A stretch of 64,000 nt of DNA from an uncultured Lachnospiraceae bacterium. Its GTDB lineage: Bacteria > Bacillota > Clostridia > Lachnospirales > Lachnospiraceae. The notes under the pieces were generated by a model. It was not told the origin of the DNA and did no database searches. It worked only from the letters and a program-made list of their open reading frames with translations. The stretch lies in assembly GCA_946534915.1 (NCBI GenBank), contig CAMNDG010000001.1, forward strand, positions 122,268 to 186,267. The letters are read 5' to 3'. The position numbers were made by a program, and so were the translations under genes. Of the stretch, positions 17,277-27,179 are shown piece after piece (within the stretch, counting starts at the first letter, position 1; each line of letters opens with the position of its first letter).

Positions 17277-18152
17277 TTAAACCTTGACGTTGATCTTCTT
17301 GCCGAGCAGGCCGGTAGGCTTGATCAGAAGGATTACGATCAGGACACCGAATACTATGGCGTCAGAAAGCTGTGTTGAAATGTAAGCCTTGGCAAAGATC
17401 TCGATGATACCAAGGAGCAGACCGCCGATAAAGGCGCCGGGAATAGAACCGATCCCGCCGAATACAGCAGCAGTAAACGCTTTGATACCGGGCATAGATC
17501 CCATCGTCGGATAGACGGAAGGATACGTGGAAGCCAGCAAAACCGAAGCGATAGCTGCAAGGCCCGATCCGATCGCGAATGTGATCGAAATGATCATATT
17601 GACGTTGATGCCCATCAGCATTGAAGCTCCCTTGTCCTCGGAACATGCCCTCATTGCGCTTCCTGTCTTCGTCCTGTTAATGAAGAGAGTGAGGCATATC
17701 ATTACAACGATGCAGGTCGCTATAGTGATCAGAGTCAGATATGACACTGACGCGGATCCCAGAGAAATGCTTCCCGTACTGATCACGGAAGGGAACACCT
17801 TGCTTGAAGATGACCAAAGGATCTGCGCGCCGTTCTGAAGAAAATAGCTGACGCCGATCGCCGTGATCAGGACTGCAAGGCTGGGGGCCTGACGAAGGGG
17901 CTTATAAGCCAGCCTCTCGATCACTACGCCCAGCATGGTGCACACCACTACTGCTGCCAGGACTGCCAGCGGGAAGGGAAGCGTAAATTTAGTAATTGCA
18001 AAGAAAGCGATGTACGCTCCGACCATGATAATATCGCCATGTGCGAAATTGAGCATCTTGGCAATGCCGTAAACCATCGTATATCCGAGCGCGATGATCG
18101 CATATACACTGCCGAGCCCCAATCCGTTGATCAAATAGGATAGAAACTGCAT
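17277..18152 (-). CDS. livH: Branched-chain amino acid ABC transporter permease
   Basis: YAIIALGYTMVYG...NFAHG and KAFTAAVFGGIG motifs. Confidence 0.92.
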   Translation of the reverse strand: MQFLSYLINGLGLGSVYAIIALGYTMVYGIAKMLNFAHGDIIMVGAYIAFFAITKFTLPFPLAVLAAVVVCTMLGVVIERLAYKPLRQAPSLAVLITAIGVSYFLQNGAQILWSSSSKVFPSVISTGSISLGSASVSYLTLITIATCIVVMICLTLFINRTKTGSAMRACSEDKGASMLMGINVNMIISITFAIGSGLAAIASVLLASTYPSVYPTMGSMPGIKAFTAAVFGGIGSIPGAFIGGLLLGIIEIFAKAYISTQLSDAIVFGVLIVILLIKPTGLLGKKINVKV

Positions 18153-18258
18153 GTCTGTTTTCCTCTCTATAAAACATCCTATATCGCAAATAAAACAGGA
18201 AGCCCGCACGGGGCGGGCTTTGCCTGTTCATACTAAGTTCACCGTGATCAGCGAAAGA

Positions 18259-19500
18259 TTAATCTTCAACACCTACATAAACGCCGTTCTGGATCACGAC
18301 AGCCTTGGGAGACTTTGTGACTTCGCCGTTTGCGTTCCAGGTCATCTCGGAACCGGTCAGACCGCTGAATGTCATGCTTGTGAACTGCTCAACGAGCTTC
18401 GCGCAGATCTCGTCAGCGCTCATATCAGCAGTGACGCCTGCCGCCTCGCATGCCTGTGCGATCGCGTAAACGCAGTCATAAGAATCAGCCGCAAACTGGT
18501 TCGGAACCTCGCCGAATTTCTCTTTGTACTTGTTGACGAAGTTTACAGTAAGCTCGTCAGTAGCATCTGCGGAGAAAGGAGTCAGCAGATAAACGCCTTC
18601 TGCCAGAGAAGTATCGAAGCCTTCAAGGCCAAGGATGCCGTCCATACCGTCAACACCGAAGAATGTGGGCTTGTAACCCATTCCGTTCGCCTGTGTGAGG
18701 ATCAGGGATGCGGGATCATAGTAGATAGGCAGGAAAAGGATGTCAGCGCCTGCTTCCTGAGCCTTTCCGAGCTGTACTGTGAAATCCTGCGCGTTGGAAT
18801 CATCAAAGGTTCCCTCGTATACAACGGCAAGATTCTTAGCAGCTGCTTCTGCTACGAATGTGTCGTGGATACCCTTGGAATAGTTGTCATCATTCTTGTA
18901 GATGATAGCTACCTGGCTGCCAAGATCAGCATGTCCGGAGATATAGTCCGCACTTGCAGTTCCCTGGTTAGGGTCTGTGAAGCACATCTGGAAAACGTTT
19001 CCGAAAGCGCCGGAAAGGTTATCGGGATCCGCGAAGATAACGGATGTGGAAGATCCGGAAGGAGTGATCGCGAAGATCTTGTCCTCAGCATAGGAAGGGG
19101 AAACTGCCGCGCCGGGAGCGGAGGTAACAGTTGCCAGAGAAGCCTGCATGCCCCAGTCTTTAAGGACACCGTAAGCGGTGACTGCCTTCTCGGGATCATG
19201 TGCGTCGTCCTGCATATTGAGCTCGAACTGAAGTCCGCCCTTGGCGTTGACTTCTTCAACAGCGATCTCAGCCGCGTTCTTGACTGCCTGTCCGTAAACA
19301 GCTGCAGGGCCTGTCAGAGGGCCGGAACCGCCGATCTTGATCTTGGCGCCTGTATCCGCGCTCTCGGTAGCCTCAGCTGCCGCGCCGTTGTCAGCGGGAG
19401 CGCTGCTGGAAGCGGAACCGGAGCCGCCGCATGCTGTAAGAGCTGCTGCCATACAAACTGACATAGCTACTGCAAGGCTGGTCTTAAAAATCTTTTTCAT
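18259..19500 (-). CDS. Branched-chain amino acid ABC transporter substrate-binding lipoprotein
   Basis: Lipobox LTAC, GPLTGPAAVYG; heads the liv operon. Confidence 0.88.
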   Translation of the reverse strand: MKKIFKTSLAVAMSVCMAAALTACGGSGSASSSAPADNGAAAEATESADTGAKIKIGGSGPLTGPAAVYGQAVKNAAEIAVEEVNAKGGLQFELNMQDDAHDPEKAVTAYGVLKDWGMQASLATVTSAPGAAVSPSYAEDKIFAITPSGSSTSVIFADPDNLSGAFGNVFQMCFTDPNQGTASADYISGHADLGSQVAIIYKNDDNYSKGIHDTFVAEAAAKNLAVVYEGTFDDSNAQDFTVQLGKAQEAGADILFLPIYYDPASLILTQANGMGYKPTFFGVDGMDGILGLEGFDTSLAEGVYLLTPFSADATDELTVNFVNKYKEKFGEVPNQFAADSYDCVYAIAQACEAAGVTADMSADEICAKLVEQFTSMTFSGLTGSEMTWNANGEVTKSPKAVVIQNGVYVGVED

Positions 19501-19655
19501 AGTTACATCCTCCTTAAGTTATTTGGCTTTGAAATCGCCAATGAAGATATTATAAAATTTTCATAACTTCATTGCAATAGCGTTTCAACGCATAATAGCA
19601 GAAAATTTGATTCCGTGTTGAATTCTGTTCATGTCAAAAAATACAGCAGTTATGG

Positions 19656-20141
19656 TTATGATCTGCTCTTATAGGAATCTGCCTGTTTCATGTAAAATTC
19701 CGCGTCAAACTTATTGTACTCGATCTCCTCGCTCTTTATACTGCGGATCACCTTCGCGGGACTTCCGAGAGCGACGCTGTTGTCAGGAATAATAGTTCCC
19801 GTCGTTATAAGGGATCCTGCCCCGATCACGCAGTTTTTCCCGATCACCGCGCCGTTCATTATGGTGGAGTGCATTCCGATCAGCGTATTGTCTCCTATGG
19901 TGCATCCGTGAAGAAGGGCAAGATGCCCCACAGTCACACCGTTTCCAACTATCGTCGAGTACCCCTGGCCGCAGTGGATCACGCAGTTGTCCTGAATATT
20001 GGATCCCTCTCCCACTACAATGCGGTCTTCGTCGCCGCGAAGAACAGCATTAAACCATACGCTGCTGTTTTTCCCAATGGTCACATCACCGACTATTCTC
20101 GCGCCCTCGGCAATGAACACTGAACTGTCTATATTCTGCAT
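19656..20141 (-). CDS. Gamma carbonic anhydrase family protein
   Basis: Hexapeptide repeats; LRGD, NIQDNCVIH, GHLALLHGC. Confidence 0.88.
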   Translation of the reverse strand: MQNIDSSVFIAEGARIVGDVTIGKNSSVWFNAVLRGDEDRIVVGEGSNIQDNCVIHCGQGYSTIVGNGVTVGHLALLHGCTIGDNTLIGMHSTIMNGAVIGKNCVIGAGSLITTGTIIPDNSVALGSPAKVIRSIKSEEIEYNKFDAEFYMKQADSYKSRS

Positions 20142-20287
20142 TTTGCTCCTCCTGTACCTGCAGGTCATTTTATCATCCCAGATCTCAGATGCCTTGCTTT
20201 CTATGATATGATATTATAACTAATAGATGTTAGTACATGAAAGTACTGAATTCCGTTTTTAAATGCCAATGGCGGAAAGTGTGAAAT

Positions 20288-21922
20288 ATGTATAATTGTC
20301 CCAACTGCGCGGGGAATCTTGTCTTTGACATCGCGTCGCAGAAACTTAAGTGTGAATACTGCAGCACGATGCTGGATCCCTACGAATACCAGAAGAGCCA
20401 GGACGCGGAGGAAAGTGATGTTTTCGGCGTAACCGTCTACACCTGCCCTCAGTGCGGCGGCGAGATCATGACGACTAACGTGACTGCGGCAGGCTTCTGC
20501 ACTTATTGCGGCGCTTCCACGATCCTGGACAGCAGGATGCGCGACGAAAAGCGTCCTGCCCATATAATTCCCTTTGCCCGGACTAAAGAGGACTGCAGGA
20601 AAGCCTACTCCTCTCTGGTAAGGCGCGCTCTGTTTGCTCCCGGGGAGTTTCGTGATCCTGAGTATCTGGACAGATTCCGCGGGATCTATATTCCTTACTG
20701 GGTTTACAACTATGATTTTAATGGAAATCTTCGCCTTAAAGGTTCCAAGTCATTCCGGCGCGGCGACTACAAGATCACCGAACATTACAGTATGACCGGA
20801 GAAGTAGACGCGCGCTATCACGGACTGACTCATGACGCCTCTTCTTCTTTCGACGATACTGTTGCGGAAGCCATCGCTCCTTTTGAGGCATCCAAAATGC
20901 AGCCCTTTACTCCTTCAATTCTCTGCGGATTCTACGCTGACGCGCCTGACGTAGGAAACGAAGTCTACCGCGAACAGGTCCTCGATTCCATCAGCCAGGA
21001 CTCTATAGAGCGTTTATCAGGTGTTCCGGAGTACCGCAAAGCAGGCGCTGATATGCCTACTGCCGACGAATTCAAGAAGCAGCTGCAGGAAAGCGCCATG
21101 AACCTGAGCGGCGAAGAGCCGGCGTGCGCTTATCTTCCCGTCTGGTTTCTCACCTACAGAAAGAATGACCGTGTCGCTTACGCGGTGATGAACGGCAGTA
21201 CCGGAAAGATCACGGCTGATCTGCCTGTGGACGGCCGGAAGTATCTTCTGGGAAGTCTGCTTCTGGCAGTGCCGATCTTCGCTCTTTTATCCTTTTTCCT
21301 GACGATGACGGGACAGATGGTCCTGACTGCGTCCTCGGTACTTGCGCTCATAAGTCTGGTAATCTACGGCCTTGAACTATCCGCCATCTCCGACAAGGAC
21401 ACTCACGCCAACGATAAGGGCTTTACTGCTGCAGGCAGAAAAGCTGACAGTGCAGGTTCACAGGATTCTCAAGATAAAAATGAGGAGAAAGGGCTCTTTG
21501 CAATCTTCAAAAAATATGCCAAGTATGCTCTCCTCATCCTGGTCGTGCTTCTCGTATTTCCCAGGATCGGTCTTGATTATCTTCTTGGCAACGGAAACCT
21601 CACAGGTTTTAAGATCTACGGCGCTGTATCTGTTCTCCTTCTTTTGGGCGTCATATTCTTTATCGCTGCACTTGCGGAATCCGAAACAGCCAGAAAGAAT
21701 ATTGTCCTGCAGATCGCCGGATCTGTCATCGCGGTAGGATCCTCTGCAGCGATCCTTGTGTGGAACCCTGTAAGCGACCTGTGGTTCTACGGCGGCTCGA
21801 TCCTGGCTGCAGCCGGCGTGTGCCTGTCCTTTATGGGCATCATCAGTAAATACAACATACTGGCCACCAGGCCGCTTCCCACTTTCTATGACAGGAAAGG
21901 AGGTAATGACCGTGCGAAATAA
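20288..21922 (+). CDS. Zinc-ribbon membrane protein of unknown function
   Basis: Four CxxC pairs at the N-terminus, YIPYW and YLPVW motifs, C-terminal TM helices. Confidence 0.7.
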   Translation: MYNCPNCAGNLVFDIASQKLKCEYCSTMLDPYEYQKSQDAEESDVFGVTVYTCPQCGGEIMTTNVTAAGFCTYCGASTILDSRMRDEKRPAHIIPFARTKEDCRKAYSSLVRRALFAPGEFRDPEYLDRFRGIYIPYWVYNYDFNGNLRLKGSKSFRRGDYKITEHYSMTGEVDARYHGLTHDASSSFDDTVAEAIAPFEASKMQPFTPSILCGFYADAPDVGNEVYREQVLDSISQDSIERLSGVPEYRKAGADMPTADEFKKQLQESAMNLSGEEPACAYLPVWFLTYRKNDRVAYAVMNGSTGKITADLPVDGRKYLLGSLLLAVPIFALLSFFLTMTGQMVLTASSVLALISLVIYGLELSAISDKDTHANDKGFTAAGRKADSAGSQDSQDKNEEKGLFAIFKKYAKYALLILVVLLVFPRIGLDYLLGNGNLTGFKIYGAVSVLLLLGVIFFIAALAESETARKNIVLQIAGSVIAVGSSAAILVWNPVSDLWFYGGSILAAAGVCLSFMGIISKYNILATRPLPTFYDRKGGNDRAK

Positions 21923-22706
21923 AAAGCTCAGCATATTCTCTTTGGTCCTTGTGATATGCATTGTCTTTCTGCCTGTGTTTTCACTCCCTGCGCGCGCCGA
22001 TGAATTCGGCTTTGTGTACACCAACCCGCAGACCGGCTATGTGATCTATATTGCCGACGAAGAGGACCTGCTCACAGATTCCGAAGAGGCGCAGCTGATC
22101 GAGGACATGAAACCGGTCACGGAGTACGGTAATGCCGGATTCGTCTCCTGCGAGAACAACACCGTATCCACGAGGCAGTACGCCGAGCAGAGATATTCCT
22201 CCGTTTTCGGCTCGGAGAGCGGCTCTCTCCTTCTCATCGACATGGGAATGCGTGAATTCTATATCCGCAACAACGGCGAGGTCAGTAAAATCATCACTAC
22301 TGCCTATTCCAACACGATCTCGGACAATATCTACAAGTACGCGTCGGACAGATATTATTACAAGTTCGCATCTGTCTGCTTTGTACAGGAACTGGCTCTT
22401 CTGCGGGGAGGGAAGATCGCCCAGCCGATGCGTTATATCAGCGCGGCTCTGCTCGCCCTCATTCTGGGGCTCCTGATCAACTATCTGATCCTGAGAGCCG
22501 TCACTGTACCCAGAACAGCAGGCAATCATGAGGTCATAGACGCGGCCCAGGTCGACTTTATTTTGAGGAACCCTTCATCCAGGCTGACGAACACGTCGAA
22601 AGTATACAGCCCGATCCGCTCATCCGGCGGCGGAGGCGGCGGGCGCAGCGGAGGCGGCGGAGGATTCTCCGGCGGTGGCGGCAGCGGCGGAGGCCACCGC
22701 TTCTGA
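21906..22706 (+). CDS. TPM domain (DUF477) membrane protein
   Basis: Signal peptide, DEEDLLTDSEE, LLLIDM..R, TM helix, Gly-rich tail ending GGGHRF. Confidence 0.8.
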   Translation: MTVRNKKLSIFSLVLVICIVFLPVFSLPARADEFGFVYTNPQTGYVIYIADEEDLLTDSEEAQLIEDMKPVTEYGNAGFVSCENNTVSTRQYAEQRYSSVFGSESGSLLLIDMGMREFYIRNNGEVSKIITTAYSNTISDNIYKYASDRYYYKFASVCFVQELALLRGGKIAQPMRYISAALLALILGLLINYLILRAVTVPRTAGNHEVIDAAQVDFILRNPSSRLTNTSKVYSPIRSSGGGGGGRSGGGGGFSGGGGSGGGHRF

Positions 22707-22735
22707 GCTCTTCCCGTATTCACCAGGATGCGTGT

Positions 22736-22780
22736 AAAAAGAACCCGGCTTCTCTGTTTTGAGAAGTCAGGTTCTTTTTT
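22736..22780. terminator. Bidirectional terminator between convergent genes
   Basis: AAAAAGAACC.G.CTTCTC...GAGAAG.C.GGTTCTTTTTT. Confidence 0.7.
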
Positions 22781-22810
22781 GCCTGTACCGACAAGATCTG
22801 TCTGCATCTG

Positions 22811-24232
22811 TCAGCACTCATTTAAATAGTCCGAAAGTTGTCCGATCCCCCGTATGGGAATCAGTTTCATGCCATCCGGCACTTTTTTGATCCCGGAGGC
22901 GCTTGAAGCGGGAAGAATGCAGCTGTGAAAGCCGAGTTTGGCGGCTTCAAGCACCCTGTTCTCCGCCATGGAGACCGAGCGCACTTCTCCCGAAAGGCCC
23001 ACTTCCCCGAATACGATCAGATCATCCGGAACTGCTCTGTTCTTAAACCCGGAAAGGATCGCCAGTACGATTCCAAGGTCCAGCGCAGGTTCCGTTTGCC
23101 GGATCCCTCCGGCAAGATTGATGTACGCGTCATAATGAGAAAGCGGTATATTCAATCTCTTCTCCAGAACTGCCATAAGAAGGCTTACGCGGTTTGAGTC
23201 AGTGCCCGTGGACTGTCTCCTCGGATAGCCGAAATTTGTCTCCACGATCAGCGCCTGCACTTCTGTCAGGACAGGTCTTGTCCCCTCCATTGAGCAGGTC
23301 ACCACGGAGCCGCTTGCTCCCAGAGGTCTTCCGCTGAGCATGTATTCCGAGGGATTGAGCACTTCGACAAGTCCCTCCGTTCTCATCTCGAAAATTCCGA
23401 TCTCATTTGTGGATCCGAAGCGGTTCTTGACCCCTCTGAGGATCCGGTAGGATGCGTATCTGTCTCCTTCAAAATATAGAACTGTATCCACCATGTGCTC
23501 AAGGACTCTGGGACCTGCGACAGTTCCCTCTTTTGTCACGTGTCCGACGATGAAGAATGTGATCCCCATCTCCTTGGCTAACCTTAGTAGAACTGCTGTC
23601 GTCTCACGCACCTGAGATACGCTGCCGGGCGCAGAGGCCACGTCGTCACTGTACATTGTCTGGATTGAATCGATCACCACAGCCTGAGGCTTATCCCTCA
23701 TCACGATGTCGGCTATGACCGCAAGATTGGTCTCGCACAGAAATTTCAGGGAGTCAGGTGCTCCTCCGATCCTGGAGGCCCTGAGCTTGATCTGCCGCAG
23801 TGATTCCTCGCCGGAAATATACAGGACTTTGATGCCGGACTTCGCCATATAACAGGAAGTCTGAAGAAGAATCGTGGATTTTCCGATTCCGGGATCTCCG
23901 CCCACAAGAACCAGGGAGCCCGCCACAGCGCCTCCCCCGAGGACTCTGTCCAGTTCTCCCATGCCTGTAGAAAAGCGCGTTTCCTCAGCATCTTTCACCG
24001 AAGAGAGGGGGACCGGGACAGCACTGTGGTTGCTGCCGCCCAGTGAAAAGCCGTAAGCGCCTGAAGAAAGCCCCTTCGCGTTTCCTCCGGCTGATTTGAC
24101 GGGATTAATCCTGATCGGTTCTTCTACCATTGTATTCCATGCCTTACAGGCGGGACACTGCCCCGCCCATTTAGCTGCTTCATAGCCGCATTCCTGGCAA
24201 AAGAACGCGGTCTTTTTCTTAATCCCTGCCAT
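22811..24232 (-). CDS. radA: DNA repair protein RadA/Sms
   Basis: C4 zinc finger, GDPGIGKST, KNRFG. Confidence 0.96.
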   Translation of the reverse strand: MAGIKKKTAFFCQECGYEAAKWAGQCPACKAWNTMVEEPIRINPVKSAGGNAKGLSSGAYGFSLGGSNHSAVPVPLSSVKDAEETRFSTGMGELDRVLGGGAVAGSLVLVGGDPGIGKSTILLQTSCYMAKSGIKVLYISGEESLRQIKLRASRIGGAPDSLKFLCETNLAVIADIVMRDKPQAVVIDSIQTMYSDDVASAPGSVSQVRETTAVLLRLAKEMGITFFIVGHVTKEGTVAGPRVLEHMVDTVLYFEGDRYASYRILRGVKNRFGSTNEIGIFEMRTEGLVEVLNPSEYMLSGRPLGASGSVVTCSMEGTRPVLTEVQALIVETNFGYPRRQSTGTDSNRVSLLMAVLEKRLNIPLSHYDAYINLAGGIRQTEPALDLGIVLAILSGFKNRAVPDDLIVFGEVGLSGEVRSVSMAENRVLEAAKLGFHSCILPASSASGIKKVPDGMKLIPIRGIGQLSDYLNEC

Positions 24233-26672
24233 CGAATACTACACTGCCTCCTCTGAATCCGACTGTCACGGTCTGTCCGGGCAGGATCTCCTCTGCCAGG
24301 AGTTTCTCGGAAAGGGCGTCTTCTATTACTTTCTGGATAGCTCTCTTGAGAGGCCTTGCTCCCATCTTGGGATCAGAGTATTCTGCCACAATGTGTTTTT
24401 TGAGCGCTGGCGTCACCTTGAGTTTAATGCCAAGCTGCTTGTCCGCGCGCCGGATCAGATCCTCGCACAGAAGCGAACAGATCCTGTGCAGTTCGTCTTC
24501 GCTCAGGGAATGGAAGACCAGGATCTCATCTATACGGTTGATAAATTCCGGCCGGAACATTTTCTTTACTTCTTCCATGACTCCGGTCCGCATCTTCTCG
24601 TAGGACTGCTCGGCCGTAGGCTTATCGGCGAATCCCAGCGTCTTGGGTTCGATGATCTTCTGGGCACCGACATTGGACGTCATGATGATCACCGTGTTCT
24701 TGAAATTGACCTTATGGCCCTTGGAATCCGTTATATGACCTTCATCGAGGATCTGAAGCAGGACATTGAAGACGTCCCTGTGCGCTTTTTCGATCTCGTC
24801 AAAAAGGATCACGCTGTAGGGATGTCTTCTGACCTTCTCTGAGAGCTGGCCGCCTTCTTCATATCCCACATAGCCGGGAGCGGATCCGATGATCTTGGAG
24901 ACCGCGTATTGTTCCATGTACTCGGACATATCGACGCGGATCATATCCTGATCTGATCCAAACATGACTTCTGCCAATGCCTTGGACAATTCTGTCTTTC
25001 CGACACCGGTTGGTCCAAGGAACAGGAAAGAGCCGATCGGCCTGTTGGGATCCTGAAGCCCTACACGACCTCTCCGAATGGCTTTGGCTACCGCATGGAC
25101 TGCGTCCTCCTGGCCTATGACCCTCTTGTGCAGTTCATCCTCAAGTCTTAAAAGTCTTGCACTCTCCTTTTCCGTGAGCCTGCTTACAGGCACCTTGGAC
25201 CACATGGAAACAACTGCCGCGACGTCCTCTTCTGTGACTTCAGGAAGTTTTACAGTCTGCTTTTTCTCCTGTCTTCTTCTGGCGGCCTGCAGTTTTTTGA
25301 CAAGTTCTTCCTGGCGGGCCCTGAGCGCTTTCGCGTCGTCGATCCTGCCCTCGGAGAGAGCAGTCGCCATGAGCTTATCGGACTGCGCGATCTCATCCTG
25401 GATCATCTTGAAGGCATTCTCCTGCCGTGCCCCGGCATTGCGCAGCCTGACTGCCGCACAGGATTCGTCAATTACGTCGATCGCCTTGTCGGGCAGGTTT
25501 CTGTCATTGATATAACGCTCTGAAAGATCTACGGCTGCCCTGATCGCCTCTTCGGTAATAATGACATTGTGATGCTTTTCATAAGCGCTTACGATTCCCT
25601 TCAGAATCTCTTCCGCTTCTTCTCTTGTGGGCTCCTCAACCTGCACCGGCTGGAATCTTCTCTCTAGAGCCGCGTCCTTCTCCACATATTTGTGATATTC
25701 ATTCAGTGTCGTGGCACCGATCAGCTGAAGCTCTCCTCTCGCCAATGAGGGCTTTAGAATATTGGAGGCGTCGATCGCGCCCTCCGCGCCGCCTGCTCCG
25801 ATCAGCGTGTGCATCTCATCCACAAACAGGATGATATTGCCGTCCGAGATAACTTCAGAGATAACTCTCTTGACGCGCTCTTCGAATTCACCGCGGTATT
25901 TGGAACCGGCGACCATGCCTGAGAGATCCAGAGTGAGGAGTCTCTTATTTTTGACAGTTGCAGGAACATCACCACTGATGATCCTCTGAGCCAGCCCTTC
26001 GACGATCGCGGTTTTACCCACGCCCGGTTCTCCCACCAGACACGGATTGTTCTTGGTCCTGCGGCTCAGGATCTGGATCACCCTGCTGATCTCGTTTTCC
26101 CTGCCGATCACAGGATCGAGTTTCCCCTGCCTTGCGAGCTTTGTAAGATCTCTGCTGTACTGGGGAAGGATCTTCTGATTTCCTGCATCAGGTGAGGGGC
26201 CGCCCGGCTGCAGATCATCTTTGTGGGCTGCAGGATCCTCTCCTATGGCTGCCAACGTTTCAAAATACAGTTTAGCAGGGCTGATTCCCAGCGTTTCGAT
26301 CAGTTTGAGAGCAATGTTCTCCCCCTCAGTGATGATCGCCAGCAGCAGGTGTTCCGTGCCTACCTGCTCAGAGTTGTACTGCTCAGCGAGATTTCCTGCC
26401 ATACGCATGATCTTCTGACAGCGGGGCGAGAAGCCTTCATGATCCAGCAGTGCCAGATTGGCTGATCTGATATTGAGCTGGGAGATCATATCGTTGAGGC
26501 GCTCCAGCGTGCAATTGTTGTCACGCAGGACCTTCGAAGCAACGCCTTCCGGTTCCGCGATCAGACCCAGCAGCAGATGCTCCGTACCCGTGTAATTCTG
26601 TTTGTTGTGTCTTGACGCGCTCTTTGCGAGGCGGATCGCCTCCTGCGCATTTTTGGTATAATTCTCTCTCAT
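24219..26672 (-). CDS. clpC: ATP-dependent Clp protease ATP-binding subunit ClpC
   Basis: Clp N repeats, two AAA+ modules ([16 protein letters not shown]), GARPL; adjacent to radA. Confidence 0.93.
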   Translation of the reverse strand: MRENYTKNAQEAIRLAKSASRHNKQNYTGTEHLLLGLIAEPEGVASKVLRDNNCTLERLNDMISQLNIRSANLALLDHEGFSPRCQKIMRMAGNLAEQYNSEQVGTEHLLLAIITEGENIALKLIETLGISPAKLYFETLAAIGEDPAAHKDDLQPGGPSPDAGNQKILPQYSRDLTKLARQGKLDPVIGRENEISRVIQILSRRTKNNPCLVGEPGVGKTAIVEGLAQRIISGDVPATVKNKRLLTLDLSGMVAGSKYRGEFEERVKRVISEVISDGNIILFVDEMHTLIGAGGAEGAIDASNILKPSLARGELQLIGATTLNEYHKYVEKDAALERRFQPVQVEEPTREEAEEILKGIVSAYEKHHNVIITEEAIRAAVDLSERYINDRNLPDKAIDVIDESCAAVRLRNAGARQENAFKMIQDEIAQSDKLMATALSEGRIDDAKALRARQEELVKKLQAARRRQEKKQTVKLPEVTEEDVAAVVSMWSKVPVSRLTEKESARLLRLEDELHKRVIGQEDAVHAVAKAIRRGRVGLQDPNRPIGSFLFLGPTGVGKTELSKALAEVMFGSDQDMIRVDMSEYMEQYAVSKIIGSAPGYVGYEEGGQLSEKVRRHPYSVILFDEIEKAHRDVFNVLLQILDEGHITDSKGHKVNFKNTVIIMTSNVGAQKIIEPKTLGFADKPTAEQSYEKMRTGVMEEVKKMFRPEFINRIDEILVFHSLSEDELHRICSLLCEDLIRRADKQLGIKLKVTPALKKHIVAEYSDPKMGARPLKRAIQKVIEDALSEKLLAEEILPGQTVTVGFRGGSVVFDGRD

Positions 26673-27064
26673 TGATTGTCAGTCCTTATTCCGCCGTCAT
26701 ATTCATCATAGATCCTGTCAACCAGCATCAGCAAATCCTGCTTGCTGAGTCCCCGGCATCTTGCTTCCGCGAGGATCACTCTCATGTCTTTCTCAATAAG
26801 TCTAAGCGCTCTTTCACGGTTTCTGTCGCTGACAGACACAAAAGCGCCCCGGCGCCTGTCTACTTTGACAAAGCCTTCCTGTCTGAGGATGGTATACGCT
26901 TTATTGACTGTATGCATATTGATACCGATCTCATCAGCCATCTGTCTGACGGATGGCAGCACCTCGCCGTCCGAGAGCCTGGAAGTGGCAATGCCCAATA
27001 TGATCTGATTGCATAATTGCTGATAAATAGCCTCGTCGCTGCTGAAATCAATTTCGATCAGCAT
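26669..27064 (-). CDS. GntR family (YtrA-like) transcriptional regulator
   Basis: IYQQL...LPSVRQMA...INMHTVNKAY wHTH with a short C-terminus; stop overlaps the clpC start. Confidence 0.88.
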   Translation of the reverse strand: MLIEIDFSSDEAIYQQLCNQIILGIATSRLSDGEVLPSVRQMADEIGINMHTVNKAYTILRQEGFVKVDRRRGAFVSVSDRNRERALRLIEKDMRVILAEARCRGLSKQDLLMLVDRIYDEYDGGIRTDNQ

Positions 27065-27097
27065 AATATCACCTTCCTTTTCCTGTAAGAAAAGCCA

Positions 27098-27146
27098 AAA
27101 TCCACCTGTTATATCTATGTTATAACAGGTGGATTTGTATGTCAAG
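27098..27146 (-). promoter_or_regulatory. Promoter and palindromic operator upstream of gntR-clpC-radA
   Basis: Perfect 16-bp inverted repeat AAATCCACCTGTTATA-N7-TATAACAGGTGGATTT overlapping TTGACA-17-TAACAT. Confidence 0.65.
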
Positions 27147-27179
27147 TTCGGCTGTTACCCGGCTCTGCCGGTATCATGA

